From positions 5,665 through 69,664 of the forward strand of contig CAXRAL010000083.1 in NCBI GenBank assembly GCA_964228815.1: a stretch of DNA of 64,000 bases, given 5' to 3'. Position numbers and translations under genes: made by a program. The DNA is from Candidatus Poseidoniaceae archaeon (GTDB lineage: Archaea; Thermoplasmatota; Poseidoniia; Poseidoniales; Poseidoniaceae). The notes beneath the pieces are model-generated. The model made no database searches, was not told the origin of the DNA, and saw only the letters and a list, made by a program, of their open reading frames with translations. Below, piece after piece: positions 18,201 to 25,517 of this stretch (position 1 is the first letter of the stretch; each line of letters opens with the position of its first letter).

Positions 18201-18552
18201 GCGCGAAGGCTTCGCTGCCCAAACCGTTGAAACCGAAGGCGACGAGCAGCATCAGGTCAGTTTGGTGCTCGACATGAACGACACACCTGCCCTGCTCTCA
18301 AAGGGGTTGGCTCGAGACATCGTTCGCCGCGTCCAAGCCCAGCGAAAGGCCTTAGATCTCGACATTGAAGCCACCATCGAGCTTGAGATTTGGGTGGAGC
18401 AAGCGCCGGAAATGATGGTGGCCGATCAGGAATGGGTGGCCACAGAAACCCGAGCTGCTGCGTGTGCATTCCATCCCTCAGCGGCATCGCCACCAGCGGA
18501 TGCCGAGCGCTTCGAGGTGGACGGAACCGCCGTGCATTTCACCGTGAAGTGA
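15265..18552 (+). CDS. ileS: isoleucyl-tRNA synthetase
   Basis: 1095 aa. It has the class I HIGH-type motif (PGIHHVVART) and KMSKS (KKMSKSRGN), and full-length similarity to the archaeal/eukaryotic-type IleS architecture including the editing insertion. Confidence 0.95.
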   Translation: MAQPSPAGELNAVDLETGLLEQWATEKTFQASIDNRRTHAPFIFLEGPPTANGKPGIHHVVARTYKDLVCRWKAMEGFLVERKGGWDTHGLPVEIEVQKRLDLMSNEAIEAYGMAEFNQACRESVWTYEAAWREMTERMAYWVDLDNPYVTLHNDYVESAWWALKQMFDKGLLYRGHKVLPYCPQTGTSYSSHEVALGYKEVEEPSVYVKFKLTDDDASILAWTTTPWTLPGNVGLAVGPDVTYARCRIKEAAGDSWTGAGGADVGEEVILAKALMKDVLRHHVDIIEEFPGSDLVGRSYEPLFPDAVPRGDSTTAWTVLAADWVTTTDGTGVVHTAVMYGEDDYNLGMEAGLPAHHTVGMDGAFVEGTHPELDGQYVKGCDAAIIGLLSAPGGSNGTGPASGLLYREKDYLHDYPHCWRTDHPLLYYAMDSWFVRMTAVKDNLLKFNDQVEWAPDWVGEGRFGEWLRNVKDWAISRERYWGTPLPVWRSETGEMKCIGSIQELQEEVAKANAAGFENPECPDDVDLHRPIVDGFTLLSDTGQPMKREPFVMDCWFDSGCAPFAQWHHPFDEEQRFNASFPVDYICEGVDQTRGWFYTLLAVSATVFDNMAYKRCLSLGLILDAEGKKMSKSRGNIVDPWDHFNREGADATRWYMVTAGAPWNPMKFDPNGVRETYAKMFLTTWNVYKFHADYAALDGFDPEAQSVPVEQRSALDRWVLSRLHSVAKDYHENFTNWQFHKACRDLEDFMVNDVSNWYVRRSRRRLWDEADSHDKLACQHTLHEVLETICKLVAPVSPFMVDRIHRNLTGNSVHTADWPLGVPGGLEGATADAWDEVAAQATAVLPPQDLELEATMALIRELAEAGRRIRIDGGRRQRLPCAQGWIVAGPDLSEFHDLLAEELNVESIEVETDLDRFQRIELAPNFRALAPKARADVNKVAAAIREHDDPEGLLADIKDGGADVLGVLVEASDVEVKRVEREGFAAQTVETEGDEQHQVSLVLDMNDTPALLSKGLARDIVRRVQAQRKALDLDIEATIELEIWVEQAPEMMVADQEWVATETRAAACAFHPSAASPPADAERFEVDGTAVHFTVK

Positions 18553-18561
18553 GGCCTCAAT

Positions 18562-19314
18562 GTGCGAATCGTCTCGCTGGTCCCAAGCCTGACGCTCACC
18601 CTGTTCGATTTCGGCCTGACCTCGGAAAGCATCGTTGGTCGCACGCCCTGGTGCATCCACCCGAAGGGAGAAGTGGACAGGGTCCAAGTGATTGGCGGCA
18701 CCAAAACCCCCACGCTTTCCAAAATCAAGGCAGCTCGTCCCGACCTCGTGGTGATGGACCGCGACGAGAACCCCAAAGCGGTGTACGAATGGTGTCAAGA
18801 ACAAGGATTCCCCACCTTCGTCTGCCATGTCCGCCATCCCCGTGATGTTCCCGAGATGCTGAGGGAATTGGGCGTCGCGGTCGGGCGTGAAGAAGCCGCT
18901 GAGGCGTTCGCTATGGCGATTGAAGACGAGTTGGCCCAGGTTCCTTTGCAGGGTTCGAGAACGGCGCTGCCGTTGATTTGGCACGACCCGCTCATGGCCG
19001 CCAACGGCACAACCTATGCTGGCAACATGCTGACGTGCCTCGGTTTCAAGGTCCCGAACATTGAGCCCGAAGGCACGGGCTACCCCGTCGTGACGCCCGA
19101 TTCCATCGTCGAAAACGGTGTGACGGACCTGTTCCTCTCGAGTGAGCCGCACGAATTCACCACGGCCGAAGGTCAAGCCTTGCACGACGCCCTTGCCCAG
19201 CGCACTGATCAACCGCCTGCCGTGCACTTTATTGATGGCGAGGATTTGACGTGGATGGGAAGTCGAACCGCAACGGCCCTTCAGCGCCTACGGGACACGC
19301 TGGACGCTGTTTGA
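18562..19314 (+). CDS. TroA/BtuF-like periplasmic-binding-fold protein (cobalamin/metal-chelate binding family), no signal peptide seen
   Basis: GTG start. RIVSLVPSLTLTLFDFGL...IVGRT..C..P......V.VIGGTKTPTLSKIKAARPDLVVMDRDENP fits the BtuF-like helical-backbone receptor pattern. The N-terminus is not hydrophobic. Confidence 0.55.
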   Translation: MRIVSLVPSLTLTLFDFGLTSESIVGRTPWCIHPKGEVDRVQVIGGTKTPTLSKIKAARPDLVVMDRDENPKAVYEWCQEQGFPTFVCHVRHPRDVPEMLRELGVAVGREEAAEAFAMAIEDELAQVPLQGSRTALPLIWHDPLMAANGTTYAGNMLTCLGFKVPNIEPEGTGYPVVTPDSIVENGVTDLFLSSEPHEFTTAEGQALHDALAQRTDQPPAVHFIDGEDLTWMGSRTATALQRLRDTLDAV

Positions 19315-19379
19315 ACCGGGCAACATGCACCTTGAATCCGAAGCGACGGCTTCAAATCACGCCCAAGCGAGGGCTCAGC

Positions 19380-20774
19380 ATGCGCAGAACCGTCCTCGCA
19401 CTGGCCATGGTCTTCTCCATGATGCTGGCAGGATGTTTTGGAGACGGCAGTGAGACCATTACCAACGAAGTGTCGCCCTCCATCTTCGAATCTTACGAGC
19501 GCATTGACATGCAGCCGCACGAGGTTGAGCGCTCCTTCATCACCGTTGACCTGCGCACCAACGAGACCACCAACACCACGTGGGCCGTGTTTGACGCCTC
19601 CTACGGCGGTAACTGCTGCGAGCACTACTTGGCGACCGACATCGACGGTCAAATCCTCAACATTGGAGGCGAATACCCGGTCTTTTCCACCGACCGAGGC
19701 CATCTTTGGGACACCTACATTCCACCCGCGCTGCCCGACCAGCAGTGCCGCACCTTTGTTCCGACCAACCCCGGCCAAGAAGGGCTCGGTGAAGGAAGCA
19801 TTGTGCAAGCGACCAACGGCGACATCATCTCCATGTCGTGGTTCCCCTATGTCGGCGGCGACCTCAAACTCGACAAATTCTACGCCATCCTCTACGACGA
19901 ATCAGAGGGTGAGTGGAAGTGGTGCTACAACCGCATCACGGAGCCGTTCTACGACCGCTCGTGGCAAGTCGAAGTCATCGGCCCCATCAGTTCCTCCATC
20001 GGCGACGGCGAGTGGGCCAGCATTGTGGTGTCCAACTTCTGGCACCAAACGCAAAATGCAGGTGGACAAATCAGCGTTGACGGGCTCAACTACTACCCCT
20101 TCCAGTTCCCCGGCCGAGACGGCGGTGACCCACCCATCGAACTCGATTTGGACTTCACCGATGCCGACCTGCCCGAATACTGGGACGTCAACAAGCCTCA
20201 CAAGGAAATGCGGGCCTTCCCGTTGCCCAGCGGCGGACTGATCTTCCCGTCCTACTACAACAACGGCAACGCTGCCTACATGGACACCACCCTCTCGTGG
20301 AACGAACTCGCCGTCCAGTTCCCGTCCGAATACTGCCAAATCGATCGGCAAGGGACCCTCCACTGCGTGGCCAACAGCGGCACGAGTTTCACTCACTACA
20401 TGTCCACCGACGGCGCCCAAACATGGTCGAACTACACCTACGGGCTTGATGCCACTGCGTCTCAAATTGAAGAATGGGAATTCCAAGCCAACGGTGAGTT
20501 GGATTTGTTCATTCTCAACGTCCGATACCAGTCCACCGAAGGACCCGATGTGGACACCGTCTACCACGTGCGTGAGTACTCCGAAGACATGTCTCCCGAC
20601 ACCCTCACGTACATTGGGCAAGGTGACCTTGACTCCACGTCCGGTGCAGGCAACGACATCCGGTTCGATTTCGCATCGCTTGGCATCCTCAACGATGGTG
20701 GCGTGGTCGTGGCTTACCACGACTCCACCGACCCCGACCCGCTGTTTGCCGTCGAGTTGGAATTGCCGACCTGA
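19380..20774 (+). CDS. secreted lipobox protein with BNR/Asp-box (sialidase-like beta-propeller) motifs
   Basis: The ORF is 19251-20774. The internal ATG at 19380 gives MRRTVLALAMVFSMMLAGCFGDG (signal plus lipobox-like Cys). Asp-box-like motifs are YMSTDGAQTWSNY and FSTDRGHLWDTY. Confidence 0.6.
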   Translation: MRRTVLALAMVFSMMLAGCFGDGSETITNEVSPSIFESYERIDMQPHEVERSFITVDLRTNETTNTTWAVFDASYGGNCCEHYLATDIDGQILNIGGEYPVFSTDRGHLWDTYIPPALPDQQCRTFVPTNPGQEGLGEGSIVQATNGDIISMSWFPYVGGDLKLDKFYAILYDESEGEWKWCYNRITEPFYDRSWQVEVIGPISSSIGDGEWASIVVSNFWHQTQNAGGQISVDGLNYYPFQFPGRDGGDPPIELDLDFTDADLPEYWDVNKPHKEMRAFPLPSGGLIFPSYYNNGNAAYMDTTLSWNELAVQFPSEYCQIDRQGTLHCVANSGTSFTHYMSTDGAQTWSNYTYGLDATASQIEEWEFQANGELDLFILNVRYQSTEGPDVDTVYHVREYSEDMSPDTLTYIGQGDLDSTSGAGNDIRFDFASLGILNDGGVVVAYHDSTDPDPLFAVELELPT

Positions 20775-22778
20775 TCAGTCCTCTTCGGCAAACATACCGA
20801 GGATGTCGCCAAACAGTGCCTTGGCGTGACCCGTGCTCTTTTCCACGAGCCGTTTCACGATCAGTTCAGGCGTCGACCGAGCGAGGTGGTTGCGCTTCGG
20901 CGTTCGGTCCACGAGCAACTCAAGGTCGGCGCCCAGCCCACTCGCTTCGATGCCGTCCACACGGAGGTCGTCTCGCTTGGTCGCTGCCAAAATGGCCGGT
21001 GCGAGGTGGGTCACCAGCAACATGGTCGTGTCGCGTTGTGCTTCTGCGGCGAGGAGCATACCAGCGATGATACGAGCGCCAGCACCGGGTTCAGTGATGG
21101 CTTCCAGTTCATCGGCGAGGATGAGTTTGGGTGTCGGGTCGCTGACCACCGTCGCCAATTCCACCAGCGTCTGTTCGAGCGCACCTGCACTCTGAGTTCC
21201 ACCCGCTTTGGCCAGGATGTGAAGCGCCTCCACCTTGCCGATGCGAGCGCGTGTGGCTGGGACGGGCAACCCCATATGACCGAGGATGCAGGCATAGGCC
21301 ATGCATTCCAGCAGGGTGGTTTTGCCACCGGAATTGGCACCCGTCAACAACGCCAAGGACTGCTGGTCGCCCTTGATGGCGGCCTGGCCGAGACCGTAGG
21401 TGACGGGGTCGGGTTCGAGACCCAGCAGAATGTGTCGGCCTTCCTCCAGCCACATCCCATGGCCGACCAACTCCGGCATCACGCATCGGTCATGGTGTGC
21501 CCATCGGGCGATGGACAACCACTGATCGGCTTCGATAAGCCGACTCACGGCCACCTCACAGTGGGGCTTAAGAGGCCCGAGTTGACGAGCGAGGTTCACG
21601 AGATGATCGGTTTGTTCAGCCTTGAGTTTTGACTCAAGCGCCGCGTCAATGCCGTCGATGGTTTGTCGGTCAATCTTCGCCGGCCAGGCGTCGGTGAAAA
21701 TGTCAAACGGACACCGAAGTCGTGCTGGTTCAAGGAAGGCAGCGAGGTGTTCACGGGCCTGCTGCATGGCTTCCTGAATGACGTGGCCGGTGGCATCTCG
21801 TAATTTGCGTTGAAACGCCGTGCCATCGGCCAATGCTTCGAGCAATTCCGCACCTGAAAGCGCCATCTTGGCATCGTTCATAGCGCTCTCCACCTGCTGG
21901 TTGACGTCGCCTTCGAGTTGTTTGACCGTGCCCCACAACTCGTCTTTGATGCGGGCCACCTCTTCGATGGAGGAGGCATCGCCGAGCATGGACATGGTTT
22001 CTGGAAGCGTGGACAGCGGGGTAAGGGCCGTTCGAAGCGCCTCTAAGGCTTCATTTTCAGGAAAGAGGTTGGCGTTCATGGCCTCAATGACACCACAGAG
22101 CACGTCCAGCGTTTTCCGGTTGTGCGAAAACCAATCGATGGTGCGTTCGGGAAGAATGAGGGCTTCGTCGGGTGAAGAGCCCAGTACCAACCATCCGTCG
22201 GGTGCTTCCATGGGAGCACCTGGTCCGAGCCACGAGACGGTCTTGAACACGGTGTAGTCCTTCCACGACTCTTGTTCGGTGGGCTGTAGGACTCGGCAGA
22301 ATTTCTTGAGATGGTCCAACGGTTCGGGCGAAACCACCACCCGTTCGTAGCGTTCCTGTTTTTCCTTGAGTCGGCCGAGATGACTCCAGGCTTCACGTTG
22401 GGTCTCAAGCCAAGCAGCATCCAACGTTATGGCAGCCGTAGCCATCCGTCGACGCGGTTCAGGGTCGGCCACCGGCATCAACAGCCCCATACGTTCTCGG
22501 GTGGCCGAACAGGACGCAAAGGATTGGATGTGTGCGAGCAGGTGCTGGTGGAGTTTCTGTGCTTCCTTGGTGGCGAGGAAGCCGCCTTCGCCCCCGGCAT
22601 AGGACCGTGCCAGCGACAGTGCCCGCTTGACCGACAGCCCCTCGACCTCTGCCAGACGACCTACATCGCCGGACGCGAGCGTGGAGACCACGGCTTCTTC
22701 GGATCCGAAATGTTCCTTCATCTTCGACGCCATGCGTTCGGTGACACCGGGCAATTTGGTCAAAACCATGCGAACCAT
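20775..22778 (-). CDS. MutS-family ATPase (MutS2-like, domain V only; N-terminal helix-hairpin-helix-like region; no Smr domain seen)
   Basis: Walker A LLTGANSGGKTTLLE, Walker B/signature region LILADELEAITEPGAGARI, and an N-terminal KLPGVTERMASKMKEHFGS...VEGLSVKRALSL (HhH-like) region. Confidence 0.7.
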   Translation of the reverse strand: MVRMVLTKLPGVTERMASKMKEHFGSEEAVVSTLASGDVGRLAEVEGLSVKRALSLARSYAGGEGGFLATKEAQKLHQHLLAHIQSFASCSATRERMGLLMPVADPEPRRRMATAAITLDAAWLETQREAWSHLGRLKEKQERYERVVVSPEPLDHLKKFCRVLQPTEQESWKDYTVFKTVSWLGPGAPMEAPDGWLVLGSSPDEALILPERTIDWFSHNRKTLDVLCGVIEAMNANLFPENEALEALRTALTPLSTLPETMSMLGDASSIEEVARIKDELWGTVKQLEGDVNQQVESAMNDAKMALSGAELLEALADGTAFQRKLRDATGHVIQEAMQQAREHLAAFLEPARLRCPFDIFTDAWPAKIDRQTIDGIDAALESKLKAEQTDHLVNLARQLGPLKPHCEVAVSRLIEADQWLSIARWAHHDRCVMPELVGHGMWLEEGRHILLGLEPDPVTYGLGQAAIKGDQQSLALLTGANSGGKTTLLECMAYACILGHMGLPVPATRARIGKVEALHILAKAGGTQSAGALEQTLVELATVVSDPTPKLILADELEAITEPGAGARIIAGMLLAAEAQRDTTMLLVTHLAPAILAATKRDDLRVDGIEASGLGADLELLVDRTPKRNHLARSTPELIVKRLVEKSTGHAKALFGDILGMFAEED

Positions 22779-22911
22779 CGTTTGTCAAGGGCTTAAGAGG
22801 ATGACGCCGGGGGTGGGGGAGGAAAGCCGTTTGAGTGAGGGTGAAACTGAACCCGTCTATTGAGAATCTACAGAGAACGTTCGTGTCGGATTTGGTGGTC
22901 GGAGAAGCAAC

Positions 22912-23181
22912 ATGGGACTGATGAACGAACACATGGCGGTGATGGAAGCCGCAAGTTATGACCGCACGTGGGTCGAAATTGATGCGTTGCTTGAACAAGC
23001 CGTTCAAGAAATGAAATCACAGCAAGCGAAGTACAAACTGAGGAAAATGACCGGTCCGAAGGCCGACAAGATGCGGGCCCTGATGAGATACACACGGGCC
23101 AAAGCCGTGGTTGATACGCTGCGCTGGACCATTGGTGTTCGCGGACAGATTTCGCCGCTGGACGAGCCCCTCAAGACGTAA
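22912..23181 (+). CDS. small hypothetical protein (89 aa, helical, basic)
   Basis: It is the only ORF filling the gap between the MutS-like gene and the peptidase gene. ATG start. No family recognised. Confidence 0.4.
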   Translation: MGLMNEHMAVMEAASYDRTWVEIDALLEQAVQEMKSQQAKYKLRKMTGPKADKMRALMRYTRAKAVVDTLRWTIGVRGQISPLDEPLKT

Positions 23182-23183
23182 GC

Positions 23184-24989
23184 TCAGCAGAGACGTTGGC
23201 CTTCGCCACCGTAGTCCTGCATCGGTGCCTGGAACAGGTCGTCGCAGGTTCGCTTGACGATGGGCAGCGTCAGCGTCGACTCTGCCCAATTGATGGAATA
23301 ACCACCGGCGGCGGCGGGTGAAGGCACGTAGTCGCGCCCCGTTTGGGACATCGTGATGACGATGGTTTCGCCCTGTTCAAGGAAAATATCCATGGCCATG
23401 AATTCCATTTTCCCGAGCACGGTTTGGAAGCCAACGAGCACTTCTTGGCCGTCCCGGCCGCCTTCGTGGAAGCGGAAGTCCATGACAGCGTGACCCAATC
23501 GCAGGCCGTTACCGTCGCTCATCTCGAGGTAGCCGTGGGCACCGTTGGCCGTGTGCGGGGTGACAGCGATGTGGAAGGAGGGCATACCGGCGATGTAGAC
23601 GTCGTCCTCGAAGGGACCGTAGGTCATTGTGATGGTTTCCGTGGTGGTGACCATGGAGGCGCCGGAGGGACTCAAATCGGCCGCCGGAATTTCGAGGTAT
23701 TCAGTATCCGGCGCGGGGTACGTGCTCTCAAAGCGCCAGCCACCTCGGTTGTCCTGCATCTCCACGCCGAGCGTAGGGGCTCGACCTTCACCCTTGAGGT
23801 ACCAGTCAAACCAGTACAGCATCTCATCGGCCCAGTCCCACCGCAGGGTGTAGGGGTAGGCTTCGGCTCCTTCTCCCGATGGCAAGGCACTGTGGCCGGA
23901 GGTGCGGTCGGGGTAGTCGTGAGCCCATTGACCAGCCAGCGTCTTGATCTCAATGCCAGCGTCGGCCACAATTTGGTGAGTGGGGAAGGACATGTGCGGG
24001 TCGACGTTCCAATCCTGCATGCCTTGGATGATGTAGACCGAGCCGTTGTAGTTCTCAATCACACGGTCAAGGAAGGAGCGTTCGGTCCAATAGTCGTTGC
24101 CGGCGTACGTGACCATGCCGCCGGTGAGATAGGCTGCTGGACCGTTGAAGTAGCCCTCCATGTAGCCTTCACACAGGGTGTGCGAGTCTTCCGTGTCGCC
24201 ATCGATGCCAAACGAACCGTAAACGCCGTTGTGCATGATCATACCACGGGCTTCCATGCTGCCGTTGCGCCACATCAACTCGTGAACACCGATGAGACCC
24301 GACATGGGCACAATGGTGGCCAGGTGAGGGTTGCCAAAGGTAGCGGCCTGCCAGGGGGTTGAACCGTCGTAGGATTTGCCAATCATGCCGACCTTGCCGT
24401 TGGACCATGCTTGGGTGCCAAGCCACGATACTGCAGCGTCAATGCCGCGCTGCTCGTCGGTGCCCATGAGGTCCATGCAGTGATTGGACTCGCCGGTGCC
24501 AAAGACCGATACTTGAGCGACGCCGTAGCCGTGAGGGACGTAGTTCTCAATCAGCATCTTGCCCAGTCGATCGGCTGGTGTCAGCGCATCGACGTCGCCG
24601 TCGTTGTAGTACGGACCGACCTCGGCGATAACGGGGACCTGGCACGAGGGATCAAGCGATTCACTCTCCCAGTCACATCCGTCGATGACTGGCAACCAAA
24701 GGCCGAGGTGAACGGTGGCATCCCCGGTGAGCCCAGCACCACCGTCAGCAGCGGTGATCGTTGGCACGGGCACGTACACAGACCGCACCGCGTCGATGGC
24801 GTACGAGCCGTTAACGCTCACCCGTGCGTAGATGTCGGTTGCATCGTAGGTGAGGTCAGCTCGGTCCCACGGTTCAGGGTAGACATCCGTATCACCCTCC
24901 ATCAATTCCTCAAGGGTCTCCTCGCCAAAACAGCCAGCAAGCATGCTCGTCGAAAAGAGCAGCACCACCAACACAGGCTTGAGGTCCAT
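23184..24989 (-). CDS. CocE/NonD-family hydrolase / X-Pro dipeptidyl-peptidase (S15)-like secreted lipobox protein
   Basis: The ORF is 23184-25442. The first 151 codons overlap trxA in another frame and are Pro/Ser/Arg junk. ATG 24989 gives MDLKPVLVVLLFSTSMLAGCFGEE. The nucleophile elbow is MIGKSYDGSTPW, with a C-terminal beta-sandwich typical of the family. Confidence 0.75.
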   Translation of the reverse strand: MDLKPVLVVLLFSTSMLAGCFGEETLEELMEGDTDVYPEPWDRADLTYDATDIYARVSVNGSYAIDAVRSVYVPVPTITAADGGAGLTGDATVHLGLWLPVIDGCDWESESLDPSCQVPVIAEVGPYYNDGDVDALTPADRLGKMLIENYVPHGYGVAQVSVFGTGESNHCMDLMGTDEQRGIDAAVSWLGTQAWSNGKVGMIGKSYDGSTPWQAATFGNPHLATIVPMSGLIGVHELMWRNGSMEARGMIMHNGVYGSFGIDGDTEDSHTLCEGYMEGYFNGPAAYLTGGMVTYAGNDYWTERSFLDRVIENYNGSVYIIQGMQDWNVDPHMSFPTHQIVADAGIEIKTLAGQWAHDYPDRTSGHSALPSGEGAEAYPYTLRWDWADEMLYWFDWYLKGEGRAPTLGVEMQDNRGGWRFESTYPAPDTEYLEIPAADLSPSGASMVTTTETITMTYGPFEDDVYIAGMPSFHIAVTPHTANGAHGYLEMSDGNGLRLGHAVMDFRFHEGGRDGQEVLVGFQTVLGKMEFMAMDIFLEQGETIVITMSQTGRDYVPSPAAAGGYSINWAESTLTLPIVKRTCDDLFQAPMQDYGGEGQRLC

Positions 24990-25038
24990 GAGACAGGGGG
25001 GTTGTTGGCTTGCTTTGAACCAATCGGAGAGGTGCGTA

Positions 25039-25428
25039 TCACTCGTTGCCGGCGTCCTCGGAGGCAGCTTCTTCCTGGGCGGCGAGTTCTGCGCGAACTT
25101 CGTCCATGTCGAGTTCCTTGAGTTTCTCGACCAAGTCCTTGAGGGCGTCCTCAGGAAGGGCTCCGGGCTGCATGAACACACCGATACCTTCCTTGAACGC
25201 AATGGTGGTCGGGATGGAACGGATGCCAAACATACCGGCAAGCGCCTGTTGCTCTTCGGTGTTGATCTTGCCAAACACCACGTCGGGGAAGCCTTCGGAG
25301 ACGCGCTCGTACACGGGCCCGTAGGCCTTGCAGGGGCCACACCATTCAGCCCAAAAATCAAGGATGACGAGTTCGTTGCTTTCAATCGTCTCGGCGAACA
25401 TCGGTTCGCTGATGTCAAGGGTGGCCAT
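25039..25428 (-). CDS. trxA: thioredoxin
   Basis: It has the canonical WAEWCGPCK active site and the downstream IRSIPT cis-Pro loop. The start at ATG 25428 (MATLDISEP) is preferred over the longer ORF start at 25503. Confidence 0.85.
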   Translation of the reverse strand: MATLDISEPMFAETIESNELVILDFWAEWCGPCKAYGPVYERVSEGFPDVVFGKINTEEQQALAGMFGIRSIPTTIAFKEGIGVFMQPGALPEDALKDLVEKLKELDMDEVRAELAAQEEAASEDAGNE

Positions 25429-25517
25429 ACCTCTACCCGCACATCCAGCCTTTTTCAACTCCTGTGCTGGTACCGCCGGAGGAACGGGCTTATCAGCCGC
25501 CACAGACTCGAGGTGCC

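Noticed and set aside
24990-25442. N-terminal 151-codon extension of the peptidase ORF (23184-25442)
   Set aside because: It overlaps trxA on the same strand in another frame and is Pro/Ser/Arg-rich junk. A clean signal peptide with a lipobox begins at the internal ATG 24989.
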